Assembly (NCBI GenBank): GCA_003712165.1
Contig: RHLH01000001.1
Coordinates: forward strand, 1,459,575 to 1,523,574
From: Phycisphaera sp.
Lineage (GTDB): Bacteria; Planctomycetota; Phycisphaerae; Phycisphaerales; UBA1924
DNA: 64,000 nucleotides
Reading direction: 5' to 3'
Position 1 is the stretch's first letter. Each line of letters opens with the position of its first letter. The position numbers and the translations under genes are program-made. The notes beneath the pieces were generated by a model that did not search any database, had not been told where the DNA came from, and was given only the letters and a program-made list of their open reading frames with translations. This document shows positions 42,921 through 51,976 of the stretch, piece after piece.

Positions 42921-44738
42921 TCAGGGAGCCGCGGCGGCTTCCGCGGTCGGCAGGGCGTACTCAAGCGGGCCGCCAAGGCCGAGGTCCCACCCAAAGTACA
43001 TCCAGATCAGCAGCATGATCGCCCAGCCAATCGTGAACACGATCGTGTATGGCATCATCATTGCGACCAACGTGCCCATGCCGCTCTTGGGGGCGTACTG
43101 CTGCATGAACACAAGCACGATCACCAGGTACGGGTTCAGCGGCGTGATGATGTTCGATGTCGAGTCACCGATCCGGTATGCCGCCTGTGTGAGCTCCGGG
43201 CTGATGCCGGCAAACATGAGCATCGGAACGAAGATAGGTGCAAACATCGTGTACTTCGCTGACATCGACCCGATGAACAGGTTAAACACCATCGTCACCA
43301 GGATGAACGCGATGACCAATTCGCTCGGGCCGAGGCTGCTCTGCGAGAGCATCATGCCGCCCTCGAACGCGATCATCTTGTCGAGGTTGCTGTACTTGAG
43401 ATACTCGATGAACTGAGCCGCGAAGAACGCGAGCACAATGATCGGGGCCATGTTCGCGATCGCCCCGATCATGACCTTCGCAGCGTCTTTGCTCGAGGTG
43501 ACGTTCTTTAGAACAATGCCGTAGACGATGCCCGGGATGATGAACCCGAGGAAGATCAGGGGCGTGACGACGCTCACCCAGCGCTCGAACTGCGGGCTCC
43601 GTTTCTGGAATGCCTCGCCCTCAGTTGTCACGAAGATCGTCGCTTCTGCATCTACGTAGTAACCCTTGCCCTCAACCACAAGCGCAGGATCGGGTTCAGT
43701 CACATCGATCTGGCCTTGGTACGCGTCCGCGAGATACATAGCTGGTGGCTTGTCTGGTTGAAGTGGGTCAATGAGGCCCGGGATCTTGTCGTCATGGAGA
43801 GGCATGCCAGGCACCAGGACTGTGAACAGGAAAATCCCGATCAGCACACCCATCGTCACGACAGACGCAATAAGCCCCTTCTTTTCCTGCTCTGTGAGCT
43901 CCTGAGCCTCTAATTCGCTGTCGTCGATCTCGGAAGGCCCGCCGTCTTCGGGCGATTTGCCTGCAAGACGCCGCTCAACGAAGAACGAGGTCACAGCCCA
44001 GCCCATGCCGGTCACGACGAACGTTGATGTGATCGCGAACCACCAGTTGCACGTCGCGGCGACCGCGTAGTCCTCGTCCAGGATGTTCGCGCCGATCTGC
44101 GACAGGTTGGCCAGCATCGGGTCGAGGCCCGTGATGAGCAGGTTCGCGTTGAAGCCTGCCGCGACACCCGCGAAGACCGCGGCGATACCAGCGAGGGGCG
44201 ATCGGCCGACGGATTTATACATCGCAGCCGCCAGCGGGGGGAGCACGACGTAGCCCGCGTCGAGGCCCATCGAGCTCATGATGCCAAGGAACAGCATCGT
44301 CGGGGTCAGCATCGTGTTCGGGACGATCTTCATGAATGCTTTGAGCATCGCTCCGATCATGCCTGTGCGCTCGGCGACCCCGATCCCGAGCATGCCGGTC
44401 AGCACGATGCCGAGCGGGGCGAAGCCCATGAAGTTGGCCACCATGCTCTGCAGACACCAGTACAGCCCGTCCGCGGTCAGAAGGCTCTGGGGTGTCAGGA
44501 CATCTCCTTTATCCTCGAACCCGATCACGGTCTCACCAGCCTCGTTGACGGTCTGCACTGCCTGCTGAGGCTGGACTGTCCAGCCCGAGCTCACGGCGAC
44601 CTGGCTCGCGATCATGACGATCACGGCGCCGATCAGAAAGAGCAGGGCGGGATCGGGCAGCTTGTTGCCGATCCATTCAACGAGATCAAGAAGCCCACGC
44701 CGCTTGGCGGGCACGGATGCGGGGTCGGTGTCAGTCAT
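42921..44738 (-). CDS. AbgT family transporter (p-aminobenzoyl-glutamate / antimetabolite transporter family)
   Basis: Polytopic protein. The N-terminus LLDLVEWIGNKLPDPALLFLIGA matches my recollection of the AbgT/MtrF start. Start taken at MTDTD (44738); an in-frame ATG also exists at 44774. Confidence 0.8.
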   Translation of the reverse strand: MTDTDPASVPAKRRGLLDLVEWIGNKLPDPALLFLIGAVIVMIASQVAVSSGWTVQPQQAVQTVNEAGETVIGFEDKGDVLTPQSLLTADGLYWCLQSMVANFMGFAPLGIVLTGMLGIGVAERTGMIGAMLKAFMKIVPNTMLTPTMLFLGIMSSMGLDAGYVVLPPLAAAMYKSVGRSPLAGIAAVFAGVAAGFNANLLITGLDPMLANLSQIGANILDEDYAVAATCNWWFAITSTFVVTGMGWAVTSFFVERRLAGKSPEDGGPSEIDDSELEAQELTEQEKKGLIASVVTMGVLIGIFLFTVLVPGMPLHDDKIPGLIDPLQPDKPPAMYLADAYQGQIDVTEPDPALVVEGKGYYVDAEATIFVTTEGEAFQKRSPQFERWVSVVTPLIFLGFIIPGIVYGIVLKNVTSSKDAAKVMIGAIANMAPIIVLAFFAAQFIEYLKYSNLDKMIAFEGGMMLSQSSLGPSELVIAFILVTMVFNLFIGSMSAKYTMFAPIFVPMLMFAGISPELTQAAYRIGDSTSNIITPLNPYLVIVLVFMQQYAPKSGMGTLVAMMMPYTIVFTIGWAIMLLIWMYFGWDLGLGGPLEYALPTAEAAAAP

Positions 44739-44823
44739 GGGGGGGATTCTCGCGGATACCCACCCCCAAGGCAACCGAGGCGGATTCTCACCATGACCAC
44801 CCTATCTTGTCGAGAATGGAAGG

Positions 44824-45567
44824 ATGAAGAGCGTCGCGGTCCCGTACACGGCCAGCATGGGGGTAGGCGTGAATTCAGTCCCGCAGGAAACCTCGAGGCT
44901 AGGCTCGCTCATCCCGCCGGCCATCCTCGTCCTGCTTGTGCTGGGTGTCTGTATGGTCACCGCCTTCATGCTCGAAGGCGACGCAAGGCAGCAGTTCCTC
45001 GCCGAGTCAGGGCCTATCGAGACCGGGAGTGCTCTGAGCTACGTCGCCATCACTGTTCTGCTCTGCGGCTTCTCGTTCTGGCGAGTAGACCGTCGCTTCA
45101 CACTCCAGACCGCCGCGATCTCAGCCTTGCTCTTGGCGCGCGAGCTGGATTGTCACAACAGATTCACGACCGAGGGCGTGTTCCGCTCGAGTTTCTACTT
45201 CCGTAACAACGCATCGATCTCGGAGAAGATCATCGTCTCGATCATCATGATCGGGATCATCATCCTGCTCATCGACTACGCGCGAAGATACGCGGGCAGG
45301 TATATCAGGGGCGCATTGTCACTGACACCCTGGGTCCTTTGCGTCGGGGCTGGATTTGCGATGATCGTCCTGGGCAAAGCCATGGACTCATCTACGTGGG
45401 CGTTTGAGGTTGTGGGCGTAGAGCAACAACTCTCGATCAGCCTGATCAACATCCTCGAAGAGTCGCTCGAACTCGCCGGGGCCGTAGCGCTGCTTTGCGC
45501 TTCAGTTCTGTATATCCGTTCGGCTCTGCGGGAACGATCACCGAGAGCCAAGCCTCTCAACTCTTGA
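44824..45567 (+). CDS. Hypothetical polytopic membrane protein
   Basis: 247 aa with about 6 hydrophobic segments. No recognisable motif. Confidence 0.5.
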   Translation: MKSVAVPYTASMGVGVNSVPQETSRLGSLIPPAILVLLVLGVCMVTAFMLEGDARQQFLAESGPIETGSALSYVAITVLLCGFSFWRVDRRFTLQTAAISALLLARELDCHNRFTTEGVFRSSFYFRNNASISEKIIVSIIMIGIIILLIDYARRYAGRYIRGALSLTPWVLCVGAGFAMIVLGKAMDSSTWAFEVVGVEQQLSISLINILEESLELAGAVALLCASVLYIRSALRERSPRAKPLNS

Positions 45568-45787
45568 TTTCGGTCGAGGGTTCCTGCACCTTGCCACCCG
45601 CGATGAGTTCATCGCAGATCAGCTGCGCCTCAGTTTCCGAGTTGCACCGCTGATAGGTCGTCCACGAGTTCTGGCTCGATCTCCTCCATATCCACCAGTC
45701 GCCGTTCAGATCGTGCGCGACTCGGTAAGGGGCGTTCGGGACGAACCTCCGGGCAGGTGCCGAGCCTGATGAATTTGGCTGCAACAT
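45557..45787 (-). CDS. Small hypothetical protein (76 aa), last gene of the SecA-like operon
   Basis: ATG 45787 is preceded by AAGGAGG 7 nt upstream and lies 62 nt after the SecA-like stop. Trp-rich core DLNGDWWIWRRSSQNSWTTYQRCNSETEAQLICDEL. Confidence 0.5.
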   Translation of the reverse strand: MLQPNSSGSAPARRFVPNAPYRVAHDLNGDWWIWRRSSQNSWTTYQRCNSETEAQLICDELIAGGKVQEPSTEIKS

Positions 45788-45849
45788 GCCTTGCCTCCTT
45801 TCAGAAGAGGTGCATTCAGGATACCCCAAATTGACAACAAATGCGACTT

Positions 45850-47850
45850 TTAACTCTTCGAGGTATGCATGGCCATCTCTTGCCAGGCGTCGCTCCGTGC
45901 AGTTGTGACCCTATGAGATGCCGCCCTGCGGGAGGCCAGCCACTGGGCCTGGCGCCAGAGCAACGCGGTCAGGGGCTTGATTGAGAGCTTTTTGGCCAGC
46001 CATATCAGGGGGGGGAGGCCCGACGCACAGATGAGCTGATCGTCGAACGCGACATACATCTGCGCGGCACCGGGGTCGCCCTGTCTGCCCGCCCGACCGA
46101 ACAGCTGGCGATCCACGCGACGCTCCGAGTGTCTTTCGGTTCCGAGTACAAACAGGCCGCCGAGTTCCTTGGCCTCTGGGTCGAGTTTGATGTCAGTCCC
46201 TCGGCCTGCCATGTTCGTCGCGACCGTGACCGCGCCGACCTTGCCCGCGTGAAGCACGATCTCGGCTTCTTCCTTCTCGCGCTCGGCGTTTAGGACCCTG
46301 CACACGATCCCCTTCTCGATCAGCATCGCGCCGAGCTTCTCAGACGTCAGGACGCTCCGGGTCCCGATGAGCACGGGCTTGCCCTTCTTGTGAAGCTGCG
46401 CAGTCCTTTCGACCACGGCTTCCAGTTTCGCGTCTTCGTTTTCGAACACGACATCCTCGCGTTCGTCACGAATGACGGGTCTGTGTGTCGGCACGCGAAC
46501 GACCGCTTCGCCGTACGTGCGCCAGAGTTCGTCGGTTACTTCCTTGAGCGTGCCGCTCATCCCCGCAACGTATCTGTACTGCTGGAAGAATCTCGCGTAG
46601 CTGATGCGCGTTGATGTCCGCCTGGCTACCGTCGGATTGAGCCCTTCTTTGGCTTCGACCGCCTGATGAAGCCCGGCTTGCCACTGCCTTCCCTCAAGCA
46701 CGCGTCCCGTCGAGCGATCGACGATCTCGATTTTGTCATCACGGATGATGTAGTCATCACCCTTGATTTGTATCTCCTTCGCCAGCAGCGCGGTCCGCAC
46801 GATCTCCTCGCTTCGCCTGGGCCCGGTCCAGAACGCGGGGAACGATCTGGTCATTTCTCTCAGCTTTGCACGCCCCATGTCGGTGATCTCGACATGTCTG
46901 AGCTTGCGATCAACCTTGTAGTCCCCCCCCTCGACCATGTCTCTTGCGATCGCGCAGGCCGTCCTGTGGTGTGCCCCGCTCCGGTCTTCGCCTGAGCGTT
47001 CGCTGAGCTCCTCAGCCGCGATGATCGCGGGCGTGGCTGCCTCGTCGATCAGGATGCTGTCGACTTCGTCGATGATGACCGCATTGAACCCCCGATGCAC
47101 TACACCCCGGTGCCAGCTCGGCTCGCCCTCTCCCGAGAGCTCGTGCAGGATCGATCCCGAGAGCGACACAGCGGGGGGAATCTCAAGGCGATCGCGCAGA
47201 AAGTCGAAGACGATCTGCTTGTCAGCCGCGTACGTGATGTCCGCGTCGTACGCAGCCTTACGATCGCCCCTTGGGGTGCTGTCGACCACCACGCCCACGC
47301 TCATCCCGAGCCTCTTGTACACGGGAGATGTGATCTCGGCGTCTCGGCTGGCGAGATAGTCATTTACCGTGAGCACGTGGACACCCCGGCCTGACCAGCC
47401 GTGGAGCACGGTCGGCAGGATCGCGGTGACCGTCTTGCCTTCGCCGGTCGCCATCTCCGCGAGCGCACCGTCGGCCATAATGAGACCGCCGATCACCTGC
47501 TCAACGTAAAGCGAGAGCCCAAGCTCCCTGCGGATCGCTTCACGCGTCAGAGCAAACGCATCATCGACCGCCCGGGCTTTGTCACGCCCGAGAAGCACCG
47601 CGTCGCGGTACTCATCCGTCAGCTCGCGCAGCGCAGCATCGCTGTGGTTTCGAAGCGCGTCAGATGCCTCGACGATCCGCTCGGCTCGTTCAGTGCGGTT
47701 GTACTTGAACGTCTTGCGTGCGTACTTGCCGTGGACCCAGCTTCCGAACATGTCGAACCCGTCTGGGGGAGGGGAGCGCCTGACGGAACGCGAGAGCATG
47801 GGCCAAAGCCTTCGCGACGCGGGCGGCATGTGCTCGGCGAGCAGACTCAA
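45850..47850 (-). CDS. SecA-like ATPase: DEAD motor plus preprotein-crosslinking-like insert, lacking the canonical C-terminal scaffold/wing/CTL domains
   Basis: 666 aa. Walker A MATGEGKTVTAILP (47431-47454), VHVLTVNDYLASRD, DEVDSILIDEAATP, TGRVLEGRQWQAGLHQAVEAKEG, NMAGRGTDIKL, GRAGRQGDPG followed by only ~72 aa. The TTG start overlaps the upstream stop (TTGA). Confidence 0.85.
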   Translation of the reverse strand: MSLLAEHMPPASRRLWPMLSRSVRRSPPPDGFDMFGSWVHGKYARKTFKYNRTERAERIVEASDALRNHSDAALRELTDEYRDAVLLGRDKARAVDDAFALTREAIRRELGLSLYVEQVIGGLIMADGALAEMATGEGKTVTAILPTVLHGWSGRGVHVLTVNDYLASRDAEITSPVYKRLGMSVGVVVDSTPRGDRKAAYDADITYAADKQIVFDFLRDRLEIPPAVSLSGSILHELSGEGEPSWHRGVVHRGFNAVIIDEVDSILIDEAATPAIIAAEELSERSGEDRSGAHHRTACAIARDMVEGGDYKVDRKLRHVEITDMGRAKLREMTRSFPAFWTGPRRSEEIVRTALLAKEIQIKGDDYIIRDDKIEIVDRSTGRVLEGRQWQAGLHQAVEAKEGLNPTVARRTSTRISYARFFQQYRYVAGMSGTLKEVTDELWRTYGEAVVRVPTHRPVIRDEREDVVFENEDAKLEAVVERTAQLHKKGKPVLIGTRSVLTSEKLGAMLIEKGIVCRVLNAEREKEEAEIVLHAGKVGAVTVATNMAGRGTDIKLDPEAKELGGLFVLGTERHSERRVDRQLFGRAGRQGDPGAAQMYVAFDDQLICASGLPPLIWLAKKLSIKPLTALLWRQAQWLASRRAASHRVTTARSDAWQEMAMHTSKS

Positions 47851-50030
47851 TTGAGCCGTCCGTCGATGAACTGCTGAACCCGCCTCGAAACCCGCGAAAG
47901 GATCGTGCTGGGTTTGAGTGCGACCCTGACTTTGGCTCGCCTGCCGGGGAGCAATCCATCGGTTGTTTCGGGCGTGACATCCACGAGCGTGAACGTTTCG
48001 AGCGATCGGCCTCCCTGCTGCGGGTCTGCGACGATCTCACCGCCGGTGACCGTCGAGAACTGCATCGACTCGATGTCTTTCGTCCCTGCGGGCCAGACGC
48101 GGGTCACGTTTGCAGGGATCGTTCTCCATGCTTCGCCTCGCAGCCGCACCTCGGTTCGGGCGTTCTGTTCGCTGAGTACAGGAAGGACAGCGCCCGCTCT
48201 CGCGTCCGTGATCGCTGCGCGGACCACGTAGCTGTCTTCGGGGATTACCGCTGCGATGACCGAGCCTCGTTCCAGGAACCGCCCGATCATGTTCCCCATC
48301 TCGTGACCCGAGCCGCCGATTGCGACAAACGTGCCGTCGATCTCGGCGATCACTTCCAGATCCCGCGCTCGCTCCTCGAATTCTTCAGCCTCGGCGAGCG
48401 TGCGTTCGTACTGAGCCTCGGCGACACGCCGCTCGGCGATGCCTCTGATCGACGAATCGTCAAGCGTCGCACTTGCCCGGTCGATGCGGGCGCGTGCCGC
48501 CCTGAGATCAGCAAGGATCGACGGGTTCTTGAGTTCGATCAGCACATCGCCCTTGGAGACACGCGATCCCGGCTCAACCGCGATCCGTTCGATGTAGCCC
48601 GAAGAGAGCGGTCTGACGATCGACAGCCCCTCTGACTCGACGACCGCGGGCAATGTCCCCGAAGCCGGCATCGGAATGACGCACAGCAACAGCACGATCG
48701 GACCAACGATCGCAAGCGTGACCCCGATGCTCCTGCTCCGTCTGCCCATCAGCTGGGGCGAAGTCAGCAGGAACCAAGTTGCCTTTACAACGGGCCAGAC
48801 GAACCACACAAACCCAAAGAACACCGCGAGAATGAGCCCGAGGCTGAGATACTGCGTGGAGATGATCGCCAGGATTGAGAACGTGATGAAAAGCCTGTAG
48901 GGCACTGCGCACGCGTGGTATGCAAAGAGCAGCCTCGCTTCAGCCGTGTCACGGATGTAGGGCGGCCTGGCGCTGATCACCCCGAACCATTTCTTGTGAA
49001 TCCAGTACTGCCAGATCGACTTGGCGCGCTGAGCCAGGTTTGGCGCACCGGCGAGATCGCACAAGATGTAATAGCCGTCGTAACGAAGAAGCGGGTTGGC
49101 GTTGAAGATCACAGTCGACACGCCCGAGATGAGCATCGTGTTGAACGCCAGCGCCCTCGCGAGCCCGGGCTCGGCGAACGCCCAGATGAACGTGGCGATC
49201 GCGGCGAAGAATATCTCCACGATCATCCCACCCAGTCCAACGACAACCCGGCGCCAGGTCTCCGAGAATTTCCAGGAACTCGACGCGTCGCAGTAGGGCA
49301 GGGGCAGCAGCATCGCAATCAGCATGACACCGATCTCGGTGCACCTGCCGCCCATCGCCTTGCAGGCCATCGCGTGCCCGAACTCGTGGACCGCACGGAT
49401 GAACAGGAAGAGGATGCCGATCCAGACGAGGTTCGCTGGGTCAAGGATGCCGTTGAAATCGCTGCTCAGCCGATCTGTGTGCGTGAGGAAGACACCGATC
49501 GCCGAAAGAACGAGCAAGAGCCAGGCGGCGAAACCGTACCGTGACCACATGACACGGAGGTATGGCTCGAGCCCCCGAAGCACCGGCTCTGGGTTCAAGA
49601 GCGGGATGTTGAAGAACATCCAGTTGCCAGTCCGCTGCTTGAGCCGCTGCTGCTTGAGCCTCGCCTGGCGTTCTGGCACCATATCCGCCGCGATTGGCTG
49701 GTCCCCTACGAGTAGACCGAAGAGCTGCATCTGCGAGAGCAGCTCGATGCACTCTTTCTGCGTCGGCGCATCGTCACCGAGCTGTGCCAGGCATGCTTCC
49801 CAAGCGTTGTCGACTGTTCGTTTGCCGTCGAGCAGCCCGAGGAAAAACCGCGCAGATTCGCTGAGCCTGTAGAAATGACCGCCCGATGGGTCATCGATGA
49901 CATAGCTCACCGTCGGACCGTGACGCTGGCGAACGAATCTCGCGTGCACGCTGACGCGTGGGCGTTGATCCGCCACGCGGTACCACATGTCCGCGAACGT
50001 GCTGCCGATATCTTCGCGCAGGAACGCCAT
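47847..50030 (-). CDS. Fusion protein: PqqD/RRE-like N-domain, M50 (site-2 protease) membrane domain, HlyD-type membrane-fusion domain
   Basis: 727 aa. YVIDDPSGGHFYRLSESARFFLGLLDGKRTVDNAW...ELLSQMQLFGLL (PqqD-like pattern). HEFGH in a TM segment (49374-49388). NANPLLRYDGYY (49074-49097). C-terminal lipoyl-like SSGYIERIAVEPGSRVSKGDVLIELK, a coiled coil and a beta-barrel. Confidence 0.8.
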   Translation of the reverse strand: MAFLREDIGSTFADMWYRVADQRPRVSVHARFVRQRHGPTVSYVIDDPSGGHFYRLSESARFFLGLLDGKRTVDNAWEACLAQLGDDAPTQKECIELLSQMQLFGLLVGDQPIAADMVPERQARLKQQRLKQRTGNWMFFNIPLLNPEPVLRGLEPYLRVMWSRYGFAAWLLLVLSAIGVFLTHTDRLSSDFNGILDPANLVWIGILFLFIRAVHEFGHAMACKAMGGRCTEIGVMLIAMLLPLPYCDASSSWKFSETWRRVVVGLGGMIVEIFFAAIATFIWAFAEPGLARALAFNTMLISGVSTVIFNANPLLRYDGYYILCDLAGAPNLAQRAKSIWQYWIHKKWFGVISARPPYIRDTAEARLLFAYHACAVPYRLFITFSILAIISTQYLSLGLILAVFFGFVWFVWPVVKATWFLLTSPQLMGRRSRSIGVTLAIVGPIVLLLCVIPMPASGTLPAVVESEGLSIVRPLSSGYIERIAVEPGSRVSKGDVLIELKNPSILADLRAARARIDRASATLDDSSIRGIAERRVAEAQYERTLAEAEEFEERARDLEVIAEIDGTFVAIGGSGHEMGNMIGRFLERGSVIAAVIPEDSYVVRAAITDARAGAVLPVLSEQNARTEVRLRGEAWRTIPANVTRVWPAGTKDIESMQFSTVTGGEIVADPQQGGRSLETFTLVDVTPETTDGLLPGRRAKVRVALKPSTILSRVSRRVQQFIDGRLN

Positions 50031-50042
50031 CGGTATGCCTCG

Positions 50043-51950
50043 TTACAGCCAGGACCACATGCGGAACGCGTCCACCATCGGCCTCGTGAGTTCCCAGAGC
50101 GGCGTGCTCCAGCCATCGCTCAGCTTCGCGGTGCCGGTCATCCCGGGCCTCAGCCACTCGGGTGGGTTCTCGATGATCGCCTCGATGAGAAAGACGTTCG
50201 CGCCCTCTCGAGGTTGCGCGACGGGGTTCACACGATCAACAACGATCGGGATCTCCTGACCCGGTCTAGCTCGGCTAGCGATCCAGCCCTTCTGCCCGAC
50301 CTCGACGCGTCCCGCGTTGCGCTCGTCGACCTCGATCACCACTTTCACACCCGGGCCCACGATCTCGAAGAGCGCTTTGGCCGCATCGACAGGGGCTCCG
50401 ACGAGTTTCTCGAGATCGCCCCGGCTCACTGTGCCGTCGATGGGCGCACGAAGCTGTGCGAGAGTCAGTCGCTCATTGATCAGGTCGATCGACGCGTTCG
50501 CCTCTTCGATCTCGGCCTCACGTTGCCGTGCGAGTGAACGACTGCCCTCAGCGAGCGCGTTGTCCCGCTGCGTCGTGAGAGTCGCGACCCGCTCGTTGAG
50601 TTCAGTCAGGCTCAGCATGAGCTCGGTGGTATCGAGCGTCGCGACGACATCGCCCGCCTGAACGGAATCACCTGGCCTGACCTCGAAGCTCTTGAGGAAC
50701 CCCGCAAACGGCGGGACCACCGCCCGGCCGATCTCTGCCTTGAGTTCCATTGAGCCCTTTACCCTCGAGGGGATCGGGATAATCGCGAGCAGGATGAAGA
50801 TCACAAGAGCCGTGAGCGCCAGCAGCTTCTTGCCTGTATGCCTTGGGCCGACAATGCCTGCGCCGAGATCCACCATGTCATCGCGCAGGACCTCGGGCGT
50901 GCGCCTATCCGCGAGCCTTCGGGTGTACACTGCGGGCCCGACGAACTCTGCGATCAGACGAAGCAGCGGGAGGACCGCGTCCGGGAACGGGTCGGAGGCG
51001 TCGCGTTCGAGCACCATCACGCCAACCAGGTCATCTTCGATCCGTAGCGGCAGGCTCACGATCGAGCTGGGCCCGAACGACTCGCTCAGCCTCGCGTGCT
51101 CGTGCGTCACACGTCGGCTGCCGGGCTCATTCTCCATCATCTGGGACGGTGGGTACAGCACCTCCGCATCCTGGAGAGCCGCCTCTTCCATGACCGCTTC
51201 GAGTGCTTCGACTGTTGGCGCGTGCTTGTCCAGGTCGTCTGAGCCGCTCACGGACACAACGCGGAGGTAGTCGCCTTTGAGCATCCCGATGGAGACACGT
51301 GTGCAGCCGAACCGGCGGCGCATCTCATCGCAAAGCAGAGACCCCATCGCTGAGGCTGTGGCACCCTTCTGCGCCTGGTCGAGGAGTTCCAGCGTCTCGC
51401 GGAGCATGACCTTGTGCTCGGCTTCGGTCAGGAACGACTGCTTCCAAAGGAAGCCCTCGAATCTCGCTGCGCTCAGGGAGAGCCTGTCGAGCTTGATGCT
51501 CTGGGGTTCTCTGTCCGAGGTGGGCACGAGAACGATGCTTGCTCCTTCGCTCTTGCCGTCGGCAGTAAGCGGGGCAGCCAGTGCTGTGTGTGTCGCGCTG
51601 GCGGCGTAGAAATCGTGCGCACCGGCGAGTGTCATAGCTTCCGACATGCCAGCGGATGATGACTGCGACGCCTTCTGCCCGAGTGTGCTCAGCTTCTTCG
51701 TCGTTGACTCGTCGAACGCGATGTCTTCGTTCGCGTGGTACACGACGAAGACCCCTGCCGGTCTCGACTTTCCTTGGCGCAAGAAAACGGCGCCTGCATC
51801 GGCGCCGGTGATCTTGCACTGGAATTCGAGAAGCTTGCCGAGGAATTCGCGGAGCGCGTAGTGCCTGGCACCCTGCGGCGTCTCTACAGACTGTGCCGAG
51901 TCGGTCGTGATCTCACCAGCTTGGCTCTCGGTCTGTTGTTCGGTTGACAT
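50043..51950 (-). CDS. Tandem GAF-like domains, single TM, HlyD-type membrane-fusion domain
   Basis: 635 aa. The cytoplasmic N-terminal half has two GAF-like segments (...ADAGAVFL..., ...IVSLPLRIEDDLVGVMVLER...). TM LLALTALVIFILLAIIPIP. Lipoyl-like FAGFLKSFEVRPGDSVQAGDVVATLD, coiled coil, barrel. Confidence 0.72.
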   Translation of the reverse strand: MSTEQQTESQAGEITTDSAQSVETPQGARHYALREFLGKLLEFQCKITGADAGAVFLRQGKSRPAGVFVVYHANEDIAFDESTTKKLSTLGQKASQSSSAGMSEAMTLAGAHDFYAASATHTALAAPLTADGKSEGASIVLVPTSDREPQSIKLDRLSLSAARFEGFLWKQSFLTEAEHKVMLRETLELLDQAQKGATASAMGSLLCDEMRRRFGCTRVSIGMLKGDYLRVVSVSGSDDLDKHAPTVEALEAVMEEAALQDAEVLYPPSQMMENEPGSRRVTHEHARLSESFGPSSIVSLPLRIEDDLVGVMVLERDASDPFPDAVLPLLRLIAEFVGPAVYTRRLADRRTPEVLRDDMVDLGAGIVGPRHTGKKLLALTALVIFILLAIIPIPSRVKGSMELKAEIGRAVVPPFAGFLKSFEVRPGDSVQAGDVVATLDTTELMLSLTELNERVATLTTQRDNALAEGSRSLARQREAEIEEANASIDLINERLTLAQLRAPIDGTVSRGDLEKLVGAPVDAAKALFEIVGPGVKVVIEVDERNAGRVEVGQKGWIASRARPGQEIPIVVDRVNPVAQPREGANVFLIEAIIENPPEWLRPGMTGTAKLSDGWSTPLWELTRPMVDAFRMWSWL

Positions 51951-51976
51951 CCGCTGTGCCTGCTTCGGGATCCTGA

